From NCBI GenBank assembly GCA_041653615.1, contig JBAZEZ010000001.1, positions 14,041 to 78,040 of the forward strand: a stretch of DNA of 64,000 nucleotides. Reading direction: 5' to 3'. Below are positions 54,483-63,399 of the stretch, piece after piece. The notes under the pieces were generated by a model that worked only from the letters and a program-made list of their open reading frames with translations, was not told the DNA's origin and did no database searches. The stretch is from Candidatus Ratteibacteria bacterium (GTDB lineage Bacteria > Ratteibacteria > UBA8468 > MWAK01). A program made the translations under genes and the position numbers. Each line of letters begins with the position of its first letter. The first letter of the stretch is position 1.

Positions 54483-55095
54483 TTAAACAGTGATCAAGAA
54501 GAAAACGGGAGATATCCTCCTTGGAACGGTTTGACAAATCGATAACTTTTCCTTTCCGCGAAATAAACAAGGAGACATGTCTCCCTTTTTCTTTTCCAAA
54601 GAAATTCGGGTCGTTCACCAGGATATAATCCAACCGTTTCTCCCTCATTTTTTTCTTCCCCTCCTCAATCAGATTCCTGGTTTCCAAAGCAAAACCGATT
54701 AAAATCTGGTCCGGTCTTTTATTCTTTCCGCAAGTAGAAAGAATGTCCGGATTGGGAAAAAGAGTTAGTTTGATTCCGGTTTTGTGTTTAATCTTATTGC
54801 GACGGAAACGGGGCCGCCAGTCGCTCACCGCCGCCGTCATAAAAAGACAATCCGCTTCGGGGAAAAACTGCCGGACCTTCTCCGCCATCTGCCGGGCGCT
54901 CTCCACCGGGACAAAAACCACGCCGCCGGCCGGCGGTTCGAGCCGGGTCGGACCGCTCACCAGAATAACTTCGTAACCGCGCCTCCTGCCCTCAGCCGCA
55001 AGAAGATAACCCAACCGTCCGGTGGCCGGATTACTTATAAATCGGACCGGGTCAAGCCATTCCCGCGTGGGACCGGCCGTAATTAAAATTTTCAT
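54451..55095 (-). CDS. coaB: phosphopantothenate--cysteine ligase (CoaB domain, stand-alone)
   Basis: MKILITAGPTREWLDPVRFISNPATGRLGYLLAAEGRRRGYEVILVSGPT matches the CoaB (DFP) domain. No CoaC domain is attached. Confidence 0.75.
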   Translation of the reverse strand: MKILITAGPTREWLDPVRFISNPATGRLGYLLAAEGRRRGYEVILVSGPTRLEPPAGGVVFVPVESARQMAEKVRQFFPEADCLFMTAAVSDWRPRFRRNKIKHKTGIKLTLFPNPDILSTCGKNKRPDQILIGFALETRNLIEEGKKKMREKRLDYILVNDPNFFGKEKGRHVSLFISRKGKVIDLSNRSKEDISRFLLDHCLTICNNPSSLS

Positions 55096-55173
55096 GTAAA
55101 CGGATAAAATAAATTAATTGAGTTGAGATTCTTCACATGCGCGGCTCAAAACGACACCGCGAAAAGCCTTGCG

Positions 55174-56298
55174 TTACATTTCGGTCTCGCGCTTCTTTCT
55201 GATATAGGCAGGTTCGTCCTGGTTACTGCTTGGGGTCGCGAAGATAGAAGTTTCTTCCGTCTTTTCCTCTTTTTCCCGTCGGCGCAACTGACGCGGTAAT
55301 TGTTCTTTCTCTTTCTCCTTCTTCTCAGGCACGGCATCAACTTTTTTTAACCCGGTGGCAATTACCGTAACCTTAATCGCGTTGCCCAAACGTTGGTCCA
55401 CCACGGTTCCGCAAAATCGTTCGGCCTGAGGAGTAAGCGATTCGTAAATCGTATCCGCAACCTTTCGCACATCAAAGATGCCCAAATTTTCACCGCCGGC
55501 GATACTGATTAAAACACTGCGCGCCGTAACCAATTCTTCTCTCTTCAGGAATGGATTACTGATGGCCATACGGGCGGCTTCTTCCGGACGGTTAGAACCT
55601 TCTTCGGCGGAACCGGTTCCCATCAGACCGTCTCCGCCGTCCTCCACAATCTTGCGCAGGTCGGCAAAATCCAGATTCATGATACCCGGCTGGGTAATGA
55701 GGTCGGAAATCGAAGCCACTCCCTGGTAAAGAATTGCATCCACCATCGCGAAAGCAGCCGTAACGGACGTATCCGGAGACGCAATCTCAAATATCTTTTC
55801 GTTGGAAACCGTAATCAGGGTATCAAGGTGCTTGCGCAATTCCGCAAGTCCTTCGCGGGCGATTTCCATCCGAAGATTACCCTCGAAAGCAAAAGGCAGG
55901 GTGACAAAACCGAGTACTATGGCGCCGTTGTCTTTAGCGATTTTAGCAACCACCGGTCCGGCGCCGGTACCGGTGCCGCCGCCGAGTCCGCAGGTTAAAA
56001 AGACAACCTTGGCCCCTTTTAATAGTTCTGAAATCTGCGCCCGATCCTCGTTCGCGGCAAACTTTCCCATTTCCGGATTAGCGCCGGTACCCAAACCTTC
56101 CGTCAGCCGACGGCCGATCTGAAGTTTAATCGGAACGGCGGCCGCAAGTAATGCCTGGCTATCGGTATTAATCGCTACCAGGTCAACACCGGAAAGACGG
56201 TCTACCATCCGACTGACCGCGTTACCGCCGGCTCCGCCGACACCTACCACCTTAATGTTAACTCCGGTACTATTTTCTTCCGGTTTAATTTTCAGCAT
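55174..56298 (-). CDS. ftsZ: cell division GTPase FtsZ
   Basis: GVGGAGGNAVSRM and the tubulin signature GGGTGTG. Start at the internal ATG (MLKIKPEE) is preceded by GAGGTG. The 38-codon extension in the ORF track is probably untranslated leader. Confidence 0.9.
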   Translation of the reverse strand: MLKIKPEENSTGVNIKVVGVGGAGGNAVSRMVDRLSGVDLVAINTDSQALLAAAVPIKLQIGRRLTEGLGTGANPEMGKFAANEDRAQISELLKGAKVVFLTCGLGGGTGTGAGPVVAKIAKDNGAIVLGFVTLPFAFEGNLRMEIAREGLAELRKHLDTLITVSNEKIFEIASPDTSVTAAFAMVDAILYQGVASISDLITQPGIMNLDFADLRKIVEDGGDGLMGTGSAEEGSNRPEEAARMAISNPFLKREELVTARSVLISIAGGENLGIFDVRKVADTIYESLTPQAERFCGTVVDQRLGNAIKVTVIATGLKKVDAVPEKKEKEKEQLPRQLRRREKEEKTEETSIFATPSSNQDEPAYIRKKRETEM

Positions 56299-56326
56299 AT
56301 TTTCACCTCTTGTCCATACAATAATT

Positions 56327-56478
56327 GGACGCAGATTACCGCAGATAAGCGCAGATACAGATTTAAAAACTAATGTAGTCGCCGAGCTTGCTCGGCGTTT
56401 TAAAAGAGCCAACCAAGGTTGGCGAATACAAAATAATTATTTTATAGCATTATCCTGTAGTTTCTGCGTTCATCTGCG
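56327..56478. promoter_or_regulatory. phased GCAGAT/ATCTGC repeat array in the ftsA-ftsZ spacer
   Basis: GCAGAT at 56331, 56341 and 56351 with exactly 10-bp spacing, followed by ACAGAT. Inverted copies TCTGCG at 56463 and 56473 are also 10 bp apart. Two hairpins lie between them (GCCGAGC-ttg-CTCGGC and GCCAACC-aagg-TTGGC). Confidence 0.45.
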
Positions 56479-56500
56479 TCCAAAAATAAATCCAATATGG

Positions 56501-57718
56501 TTAAAAAAGTTCGTCCCAGAAACGACTCACCTTGCCGATCGCTTTCCTGATACCTGACTTCCGGGGAGAATCCTGGTTATTATCCGTCTGCTTTTCCGCG
56601 GAAGCCTGCACCACGCCTAACACCGCGTTATAGGCCGGATTTTTCAAAACTTTTTCCCATCCGTGAAACCGGTGAGCGGTCCCGATTCTAACCGGCATAT
56701 CCAATTCCGATTCTAAAAATTCCGACAAACCCGGCAAAAGAGCGCCGCCTCCGCCCAAAACCAGGCCCGCGGTAAACGCCGGACGGTATTTCAGGAAAAT
56801 TGACCGGAAAGGAATTAACATATCTTTTAATTCCGCCTCGATAATCTCGGCTACTTCGCGGCGGTTAGTTGTTTGTTTGGATTCCCCTTGAATATTGGAG
56901 AGCGATAATTCCCGGGGTTCCACATCCAGCAGACAGGAACCGTATTCTTTCTTAATTCTTTCCGACTCGATGGAAGTAGTTTTAAGACAAACAGCGAGAG
57001 CATAATTAATCCGGTCGCCGCCGCGGCCCAAAACTTCAATCTCCCGAAGGGTGGGTTCAAAAATCAAAAGAGTGGAAGCACTTCGTCCAAAATCAAAATA
57101 AGCCACCCCGGATTCCAGTTCCTCAGGAGTAAGGACCGCTTCGGCCGCCACCAGCGGCGCAAAAAAGATTGATTTGGTTTCCAGATGCACTTCTTCCAAA
57201 CAACGCTTCAGGTCTTTAACCCGCTTAGCGGCAGCCGTCACCGTAAAAAGGCCCACACCGAGACGCTCACCGGACATTCCCACCGGATCCTTTATCTGCC
57301 GACGATCATCCAACAGATACTCCTGAATTATGGTATGAACTATTTCATGTTCGGATGAAGCGCCGGGAAAAGCTTTTTTAACTACTTCCTGCCGGTCTGT
57401 TTCCATCACCTCACCCTGACGATTTCTGACCTCAAGAGACCCTTGTCTTTTGTCAACACGGAAATAATCTCCGAAAAGACACAGGTTTACGGAACGAATC
57501 GCTTTACCGGATAATGATTCCGCTTCCATCACGGCCTTTTCCACCGTGGCGCTCAATTCCGGGATGCTGGTAACCGCGCCATTTTTCAACCCCACCGTGG
57601 GAACAGCGGCAAACCCCAAAACTTCAAAACCGGGCCCGCGGGGAGTCGCCACGACAACTGATGTTTTATCCGAACCAATTTCAATGCCGGCCAAAAAATC
57701 GTTTCCGTTTGTTGCCAT
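56501..57718 (-). CDS. ftsA: cell division protein FtsA
   Basis: Actin-like ATPase with typical FtsA N-terminus (LAGIEIGSDKTSVVVA) and length. Confidence 0.9.
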   Translation of the reverse strand: MATNGNDFLAGIEIGSDKTSVVVATPRGPGFEVLGFAAVPTVGLKNGAVTSIPELSATVEKAVMEAESLSGKAIRSVNLCLFGDYFRVDKRQGSLEVRNRQGEVMETDRQEVVKKAFPGASSEHEIVHTIIQEYLLDDRRQIKDPVGMSGERLGVGLFTVTAAAKRVKDLKRCLEEVHLETKSIFFAPLVAAEAVLTPEELESGVAYFDFGRSASTLLIFEPTLREIEVLGRGGDRINYALAVCLKTTSIESERIKKEYGSCLLDVEPRELSLSNIQGESKQTTNRREVAEIIEAELKDMLIPFRSIFLKYRPAFTAGLVLGGGGALLPGLSEFLESELDMPVRIGTAHRFHGWEKVLKNPAYNAVLGVVQASAEKQTDNNQDSPRKSGIRKAIGKVSRFWDELF

Positions 57719-57810
57719 AAGATTTTATGGGGGTCTAATTCACCTCATCCGCCATAACCTGGCGAATGATTCAGCCGCGCGAAATCACCGGGCGCCCTGA
57801 ATGACACTCT

Positions 57811-58554
57811 CTATGTTTTTCCTGCGTTTGCTTCCGCTGCCGGCAAAAAAACCGGGTCATCAAAACGCAGATCCAGATATTCATATCTTAAACCTTTCTG
57901 TTTAAATTCGGCAAATAACTGACGAAAAACCGATAGTTTTTCTTCCAAAAATTCCTTCGGTAAACGAATCGTCTCGCCGGTATTAAGAACTAAGGTCAGA
58001 AAACCGGGAGAAAAAGCCACCGATTGCAGGGAAACAAAAGGACGGCAACGTTCAACAACCGAAACAGCCGGTAATATTGAGCCGGGTAAATCAGCGGGCG
58101 TCAAGCCGTAAATCTCCAACGCGGGTTTATCGGAACATCTTTCCTCCGGAACAATCATCCCGTCTCTGGTCATTAAAAAACGCTTGGTCGGAAGCACAAG
58201 GTACGCAAAAGGAGTCCGCGGAATTACCGAAACATGGAGAGCATCGGGAAAAGTACGGTGCACCGCTACTCCGGAAACCCAGGGATCATTCCTGGCCCTG
58301 TCTGCTATTTCCGAGAGGGAAACCGTAAATATGTTCCGCCCGCAAAAAGATGAAAGGTCAAGCCCGGGAATATCCGCCGTAACTTTTTTAATCTTGAAGA
58401 GCGGGCTGTAAAAAATACCCATTGACATTGAATAGATAATATAAACAAACGCCGGAATTGCCGCCATAAAAACCAGGAAACACCAGGGACGGTTCCGGGA
58501 TTTTTCCTCTTTCGCGCGTCTGCTTTTGAATTTTTGCGGGCTTCTTTTTTTCAT
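57811..58554 (-). CDS. ftsQ: cell division protein FtsQ/DivIB
   Basis: Basic N-terminus, a single transmembrane helix, then a POTRA-like domain. Sits between ddl and ftsA as in canonical dcw clusters. Confidence 0.7.
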   Translation of the reverse strand: MKKRSPQKFKSRRAKEEKSRNRPWCFLVFMAAIPAFVYIIYSMSMGIFYSPLFKIKKVTADIPGLDLSSFCGRNIFTVSLSEIADRARNDPWVSGVAVHRTFPDALHVSVIPRTPFAYLVLPTKRFLMTRDGMIVPEERCSDKPALEIYGLTPADLPGSILPAVSVVERCRPFVSLQSVAFSPGFLTLVLNTGETIRLPKEFLEEKLSVFRQLFAEFKQKGLRYEYLDLRFDDPVFLPAAEANAGKT

Positions 58555-58571
58555 GCGTTTATAACTACTAA

Positions 58572-59453
58572 TTATCGCTCCCGGGCCAGTTCTACCAACT
58601 GCCGGGTCAATTCACCGAAAGAAATACCGGCCGCGGCAGCCGCCTCCGGAAAGAGACTGGTTGCGGTGAAACCCGGTATAGTATTGACATCTAAAAGATA
58701 GGGGTTGCCGTTTTGGTCAATGATAACCTCGCTGCGCGAAAGACCGCGACAACCCAACAACCGGTGAGCGGCAAGCACCACTTCACCCGCCCGGCATACC
58801 CATTTAAACGGAAGTTCCGGCGGTATCAAATGCCGGCTTCCACCCGGCGCGTATTTTGCCTGGTAATCGTAGAAACCGCTGGCCGGCACAATCTGAATGG
58901 CAGGTAGTATCCGGGGGTTTTCGTTGCCCAGGATACCAACGGTAATTTCGATTCCGGAAATGAATTTTTCCGTCAGAATACGCGCGTCATATTTTCGGGC
59001 AAGGGCAAGAGCGGCCGCCAAGTCATTTTTCTTTTTAACGATGGAGATTCCCAGCGTGGAACCGCCGTGAGCCGGCTTGACAACTAACGGAAGGTCTCGC
59101 GGCAGACAAGCAGGCGGAACCGGCAATCCGGCCGAAACAAAGAGGTGTTTCGAAAGGATTTTGTCTATCGCCAGTCCACTGGCCAATATCCCGCTACCGG
59201 TGTAAGGCAATCCGAGAGTTTCCAAAAACCCCTGAATTGTTCCGTCTTCTCCTTTACCGCCGTGCAGAGCAATGAAAACAGCGTATATGTTCTTTACGCC
59301 CAACAATTTCGCGGGAAAATCCGGTTCGATCGGGTCTAAAACCTTTACGGCAAATCCGCCTTCTTTCAGGGCCCGGGCCACACCGGTTCCGCTGCGAAGA
59401 GAAACTTCCCTTTCCGGAGAATCTCCGCCGGCCAAAACCACCACCGTCTTCAT
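58572..59453 (-). CDS. ddl: D-alanine--D-alanine ligase
   Basis: VVLAGGDSPEREVSLRSG and the ATP-grasp domain. Confidence 0.9.
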   Translation of the reverse strand: MKTVVVLAGGDSPEREVSLRSGTGVARALKEGGFAVKVLDPIEPDFPAKLLGVKNIYAVFIALHGGKGEDGTIQGFLETLGLPYTGSGILASGLAIDKILSKHLFVSAGLPVPPACLPRDLPLVVKPAHGGSTLGISIVKKKNDLAAALALARKYDARILTEKFISGIEITVGILGNENPRILPAIQIVPASGFYDYQAKYAPGGSRHLIPPELPFKWVCRAGEVVLAAHRLLGCRGLSRSEVIIDQNGNPYLLDVNTIPGFTATSLFPEAAAAAGISFGELTRQLVELARER

Positions 59454-60313
59454 AAGATTTTTATTTCTAATTCCAAACTAACGTTAAATTTATCGTAAAC
59501 CACTTTCCGAATCTTTTCAATTAAACCTACAACGTCGGCAGCGGTAGCGTGGTCAATATTGAGAATGAAATTGGCGTGTTTATCCGAAACAACCGCGCCT
59601 CCCCGACGCCAGCCCTTACAACCGGCCGACTCAATCAGGCGTCCGGCCGCTTCACCGGCTGGATTCTTGAATATGGAACCGGCGGACGGATATCCCCTAG
59701 GCTGACTGCTGTTTCGCCCGAAAATATGAGCGTTGATCTTCTGCTTGATTTCATCGTTCCGCCCAACCGGTTTTGCCTCCAGACTTGCGGAAACAATAAA
59801 CGGAAAACGGGACAAACCGGAATAACGATAGGAAAAAGATGCTTCCGCGGCGGTTAATTCTACTTCCTCCAAATTTTCATCCAACACTTTTATCCCGGCA
59901 ACCACCAGGGAAATAGATTGTTCTTTAGGGGCTCTAACTCCGGAATTCATAAGCAAAACGCCGCCGAGCGACCCGGGAATCCCGGTCAAAAATTCAAATC
60001 CGGCCAAATTATATTTTACCCCAAATTTAAGTATTTGCGAAACAAGAACGCCGCTTTCCGCCTGAACATACTTACCGATCCGCGAAATCCGATTAAGTCT
60101 TCGGGTGGAAATAACAATACCATTAAAACCTTCATCCCGAATCAAAAGATTACTGCCGGCGCCCAGTATGAAAAAAGATTGATTTTTCTCCTTTGCCCGA
60201 CTGACCAGTTCTTTTACCTCGCGAAGGTTCTCCGGTTCCGCAAAAAGAGCAGCCCTTCCTCCAATCTTGAAAGTGGTGTATTTCGCCAGCGGTTCGTTAG
60301 ATTTAATAACCAT
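59450..60313 (-). CDS. murB: UDP-N-acetylenolpyruvoylglucosamine reductase
   Basis: LAKYTTFKIGGRAALF (FAD-binding PCMH domain). Confidence 0.9.
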   Translation of the reverse strand: MVIKSNEPLAKYTTFKIGGRAALFAEPENLREVKELVSRAKEKNQSFFILGAGSNLLIRDEGFNGIVISTRRLNRISRIGKYVQAESGVLVSQILKFGVKYNLAGFEFLTGIPGSLGGVLLMNSGVRAPKEQSISLVVAGIKVLDENLEEVELTAAEASFSYRYSGLSRFPFIVSASLEAKPVGRNDEIKQKINAHIFGRNSSQPRGYPSAGSIFKNPAGEAAGRLIESAGCKGWRRGGAVVSDKHANFILNIDHATAADVVGLIEKIRKVVYDKFNVSLELEIKIL

Positions 60314-60335
60314 TTACGATTCACTATTCCCGCAT

Positions 60336-61133
60336 CTAATACTTTACCCACAACAAAGTAAGGCCGTAAGCCGGCATGGTCTTTCCGGCTTTTCTCCGGT
60401 CGCCTGATTCCAAAATTCCTTGTACTGCCTCCGGCTTAATTTTACCCCGCCCGACTTCCAGAAGCGTACCAACGATGTTCCGAACCATCTTATAGAGAAA
60501 TCCGCTGCCCACGACGGTAATGCCAACCAACCCAACCGCCCGAAAAAGGTCTAAAGGCTCCTCTCTTACCGTCAAGTTGTAAATAGTTCTTACCGGATCC
60601 TTAACTTTACGCCCGCCTTCGGCGGACGAAGCTGCCTTCGACGGGCGAAGTCCGCTGGCCTGGAAAGCGGTAAAATCGTGCCGGCCGACCAGGTAAGCGC
60701 CTGCCTGACGCATATTTTTCAAATTCAATTTTTCCGGGAAGAAATAGGCGTAGGGTGAAATAAGCGGATTCGCCGCGCTCGTATTTTGAATCAGGTAACG
60801 ATAGGCCTTTTTTTTCGCCTGAAACTGAGGGTGAAAATCATCAGACACCTTTTGGACGGAAAGAATCCGAACGCTGTCGGGAAGAAGCCCGTTCAACCCC
60901 TGTATTATATTTTCGGCGGAACGGTTAACGTCCGTTCGAAATGCCACCACCTGTCCCAGACTGTGCACGCCGGCATCAGTACGTCCGGAAGCAATCACCC
61001 CGACCTTCTCGCACAAAATACGCGCCAGGGTCTCTTCCACGGTTTCCTGCAGAGAATTTCCGTTATTCTGTTTTTGCCACCCGCAGAAATCAGTACCCCG
61101 GTAAGAAACAATCAGCTTAAAGGTCTGTTTCAT
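60336..61133 (-). CDS. truA: tRNA pseudouridine(38-40) synthase
   Basis: YRGTDFCGWQKQ...GRTDAGVHSLGQV, with the catalytic Asp in RTDAGVH. Confidence 0.9.
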   Translation of the reverse strand: MKQTFKLIVSYRGTDFCGWQKQNNGNSLQETVEETLARILCEKVGVIASGRTDAGVHSLGQVVAFRTDVNRSAENIIQGLNGLLPDSVRILSVQKVSDDFHPQFQAKKKAYRYLIQNTSAANPLISPYAYFFPEKLNLKNMRQAGAYLVGRHDFTAFQASGLRPSKAASSAEGGRKVKDPVRTIYNLTVREEPLDLFRAVGLVGITVVGSGFLYKMVRNIVGTLLEVGRGKIKPEAVQGILESGDRRKAGKTMPAYGLTLLWVKY

Positions 61134-61141
61134 AACAGACC

Positions 61142-62176
61142 CTAGATACGGTCACAAGAAAAATATTTTTTTCGCAGCAGTGATTCCCCTATCTGCACCG
61201 CATTCAGCGCGGCGCCCTTACGCAAATTATCGGACACTATCCAGAACGATATCCCGTTTTCGCAGGAAAGGTCTTTGCGGATACGGCCGACAAAAACCTC
61301 GTCCCGTCCGGCCGCTAGAATTGGTAGCGGATATAATGACTTATTCGGTTCGTCGATAACCAATACGCCCGGCGTAGATTTCAGGATTTCGGTTGCCTGG
61401 GCAGCCGAAAGTTTTTCGGCAAAATCAACGGTTACCGCCTCACTGTGTCCGATATACACCGGAACCCTCACGCAGGTTGCGGTAATCATCAAGGAATCAT
61501 CACCCATAATCTTCCGGGTTTCATTAATCATCTTCATCTCTTCTTTGGTGTAGCCGTTTTCCAAAAAAACGTCGATTTGGGGAATGAGGTTGTGGGCAAT
61601 CTGGTGCGCGAAAACAAGCGGATTTACCCGGTTTCCTTCCGCCAAGGCCTTAATTTGGGATTCCAACTCTACGATTGCTTTCTGACCAGCCCCGGAAACC
61701 GCCTGGTAAGTTGAAACAATAACCCGCTTAATGCGCGCCCGCAGGTGCAAGGGATAAAGCGCGCATACCATTTGAATTGTAGAACAATTGGGGTTGGCGA
61801 TTATCTTTTTCTCCGGCCGCAACGCATCTGCGTTTAGCTCGGGTACTACCAGAGGTACCGCTTCATCCATGCGCCAACAGGCAGAATTGTCAACTACAAA
61901 AATTCCTAACTTCGCGGCAATCGGCGCATATTCCCGGCTGATAGCGGTACCGGCGGAGAAAAAAAGCAAGTCAATATTCCGGTCAAATGAATCCGGGGTC
62001 AACCGCTCAATCCGAACCATACTGCCCCGAAAAGGAACGGGCTTTCCTTCGGAGCGCACGGAAGCAAAGAGGCGAAGGGACTCCACCGGAAAATTACGCT
62101 CCTCCAAAATGGAAACCATCCGTCGTCCTACGGCGCCGGAGGCGCCAACCACACCGACTCTTAGGGTCTGTCTCAT
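61142..62176 (-). CDS. asd: aspartate-semialdehyde dehydrogenase
   Basis: VGVVGASGAVG and the active-site NCST (NPNCSTIQ). Confidence 0.9.
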   Translation of the reverse strand: MRQTLRVGVVGASGAVGRRMVSILEERNFPVESLRLFASVRSEGKPVPFRGSMVRIERLTPDSFDRNIDLLFFSAGTAISREYAPIAAKLGIFVVDNSACWRMDEAVPLVVPELNADALRPEKKIIANPNCSTIQMVCALYPLHLRARIKRVIVSTYQAVSGAGQKAIVELESQIKALAEGNRVNPLVFAHQIAHNLIPQIDVFLENGYTKEEMKMINETRKIMGDDSLMITATCVRVPVYIGHSEAVTVDFAEKLSAAQATEILKSTPGVLVIDEPNKSLYPLPILAAGRDEVFVGRIRKDLSCENGISFWIVSDNLRKGAALNAVQIGESLLRKKYFSCDRI

Positions 62177-62326
62177 AATAAAATTGCCGATTGGAAGCCC
62201 CGCTTTTGGGTCATTGCGGCGTTGCCCATCTATTGAGTAGTACAGTGACTACACAATTTTTTCGCTCCTTGTCTCACTCCAAAATCGCCTCCGGCAAATA
62301 GGCAATTTTATTATGAGACAGACCCT
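62163..62326. repeat. 26-bp perfect inverted repeat (agggtctgtctcataataaaattgcc at 62163-62188 and its exact reverse complement at 62301-62326) flanking a 112-bp spacer
   Basis: Read directly from the sequence. The left arm contains the asd start codon, its first four codons and its ribosome-binding-site region. Confidence 0.7.
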
Positions 62327-62338
62327 TAAGGCAGCAAA

Positions 62339-62566
62339 TTATTTCTTCTTTCGCAAAATCACTTTGTAGTCGCGGGGACCGCGGACAGGCACCTTGGCTT
62401 CCTGCACAATTACATGCCCTTCCCGCGCCAACCAACCCAGACTCATTAAAAGATAATCGCGCGGGTCATCAATATCCCGGCAGAGTTCCTTGAGCAAAGC
62501 GCCTTCCGGCTTCTTATCAAGGTACTGCCAGATATCACCAGCCACAAAACCAATCTTGGTAATCAT
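62339..62566 (-). CDS. small (75-aa) conserved hypothetical protein, possibly a winged-helix protein
   Basis: Good coding potential. The function is not recognised. The stop lies 13 nt upstream of the right arm of the inverted repeat. Confidence 0.4.
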   Translation of the reverse strand: MITKIGFVAGDIWQYLDKKPEGALLKELCRDIDDPRDYLLMSLGWLAREGHVIVQEAKVPVRGPRDYKVILRKKK

Positions 62567-62689
62567 GCGTCCTCCTTTGCCCGCCGTAGCATGGACGCCG
62601 GGGGCGGCGAAGCCGCTTCTGTCAGGCGTCCAGTTTGCGAAGGTGGGCTTTCGATCACTAACGTTCCCTCAATATAACACGATAACGCA

Positions 62690-62914
62690 TCATTTCTTGT
62701 TCAAATTACCGCAACGCGGGCAACGGGAAAAACGCTCGGCGATGCTGTCGATATATTGATACAAACACAAACCGCAAGCCCACTCCCGGTTTTCCTTTGG
62801 ACTTAAATCGGCTGCCCGACGACGGCTTTCGCTGACCAGCCAGAGCAGGGAGATGATTCCAACCCCAACCAACAAATAAAGGCCCAGCGCCAAACTTAAA
62901 TCTATCGGTATCAT
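62690..62914 (-). CDS. small membrane-anchored zinc-ribbon protein (hypothetical)
   Basis: One transmembrane helix (LALGLYLLVGVGIISLLWLV), then CGLC...CPRCG. Confidence 0.4.
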   Translation of the reverse strand: MIPIDLSLALGLYLLVGVGIISLLWLVSESRRRAADLSPKENREWACGLCLYQYIDSIAERFSRCPRCGNLNKK

Positions 62915-62985
62915 AGGGATTACTCCGTATTTATTCTACCTCAAACCTTGCCAGTTTGTCTATCAGAACAAGTTCAGAAAAATGT

Positions 62986-62993
62986 GTTATAAT
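62986..62993 (+). promoter_or_regulatory. extended -10 element TGtTATAAT, 7 nt upstream of the queF ATG (possible leaderless mRNA)
   Basis: tgttataat at 62985-62993 and ATG at 63001. No ribosome-binding site lies between them. Confidence 0.3.
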
Positions 62994-63000
62994 AAATCTT

Positions 63001-63399
63001 ATGGCTAAAAGATTACGAAAAAATAGCTACGGTTCAAAAGAAGCAAAAAAAGGCCTCACGGAAAAACTGCCCGGCATTGAAACCTGGCCCAACCAATTCC
63101 CCGGTTACGAAATCACAATCACTTATCCAGAATTTACCTCGGTCTGTCCCAAAACCGGTCTGCCGGATTTCGGCACCATAACCATCCGTTACCAGCCAAG
63201 CAAACAATGCCTGGAGTTAAAATCTCTGAAACTTTATTTCCTTGCTTACCGAAACCTGGGCATATTTTACGAAAACGCGGTAAACCGCATCTTGAAAGAC
63301 GTGGTCGCAGGCACCAATCCAAAATGGGCCCGGGTGACCGGTGAATTCAGCAGCCGGGGCGGGATGAAAAGCGTCGTGGAAGCAACCTATGGACTTTAA
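63001..63399 (+). CDS. queF: NADPH-dependent 7-cyano-7-deazaguanine (preQ0) reductase
   Basis: YPEFTSVCPKTGLPDFGTITIRYQPSKQCLELKSLKLYFLAYRN is the QueF signature and contains the catalytic Cys. ATG at 63001 is preferred over the TTG at 62956. Confidence 0.85.
   Translation: MAKRLRKNSYGSKEAKKGLTEKLPGIETWPNQFPGYEITITYPEFTSVCPKTGLPDFGTITIRYQPSKQCLELKSLKLYFLAYRNLGIFYENAVNRILKDVVAGTNPKWARVTGEFSSRGGMKSVVEATYGL

Noticed and set aside
55146-55340. 64-aa Arg/Lys-rich minus-strand ORF overlapping the ftsZ 3' end
   Set aside because: Alternative frame of the acidic/basic FtsZ C-terminal tail. No independent start signal.
62592-62632. GC-rich hairpin TGGACGCC...GGCGTCCA between the two small genes at 62.3-62.9 kb
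   Set aside because: An ordinary stem-loop of 8 bp with a 25-nt GC-rich loop. It may be a terminator or leader structure, with nothing distinctive.
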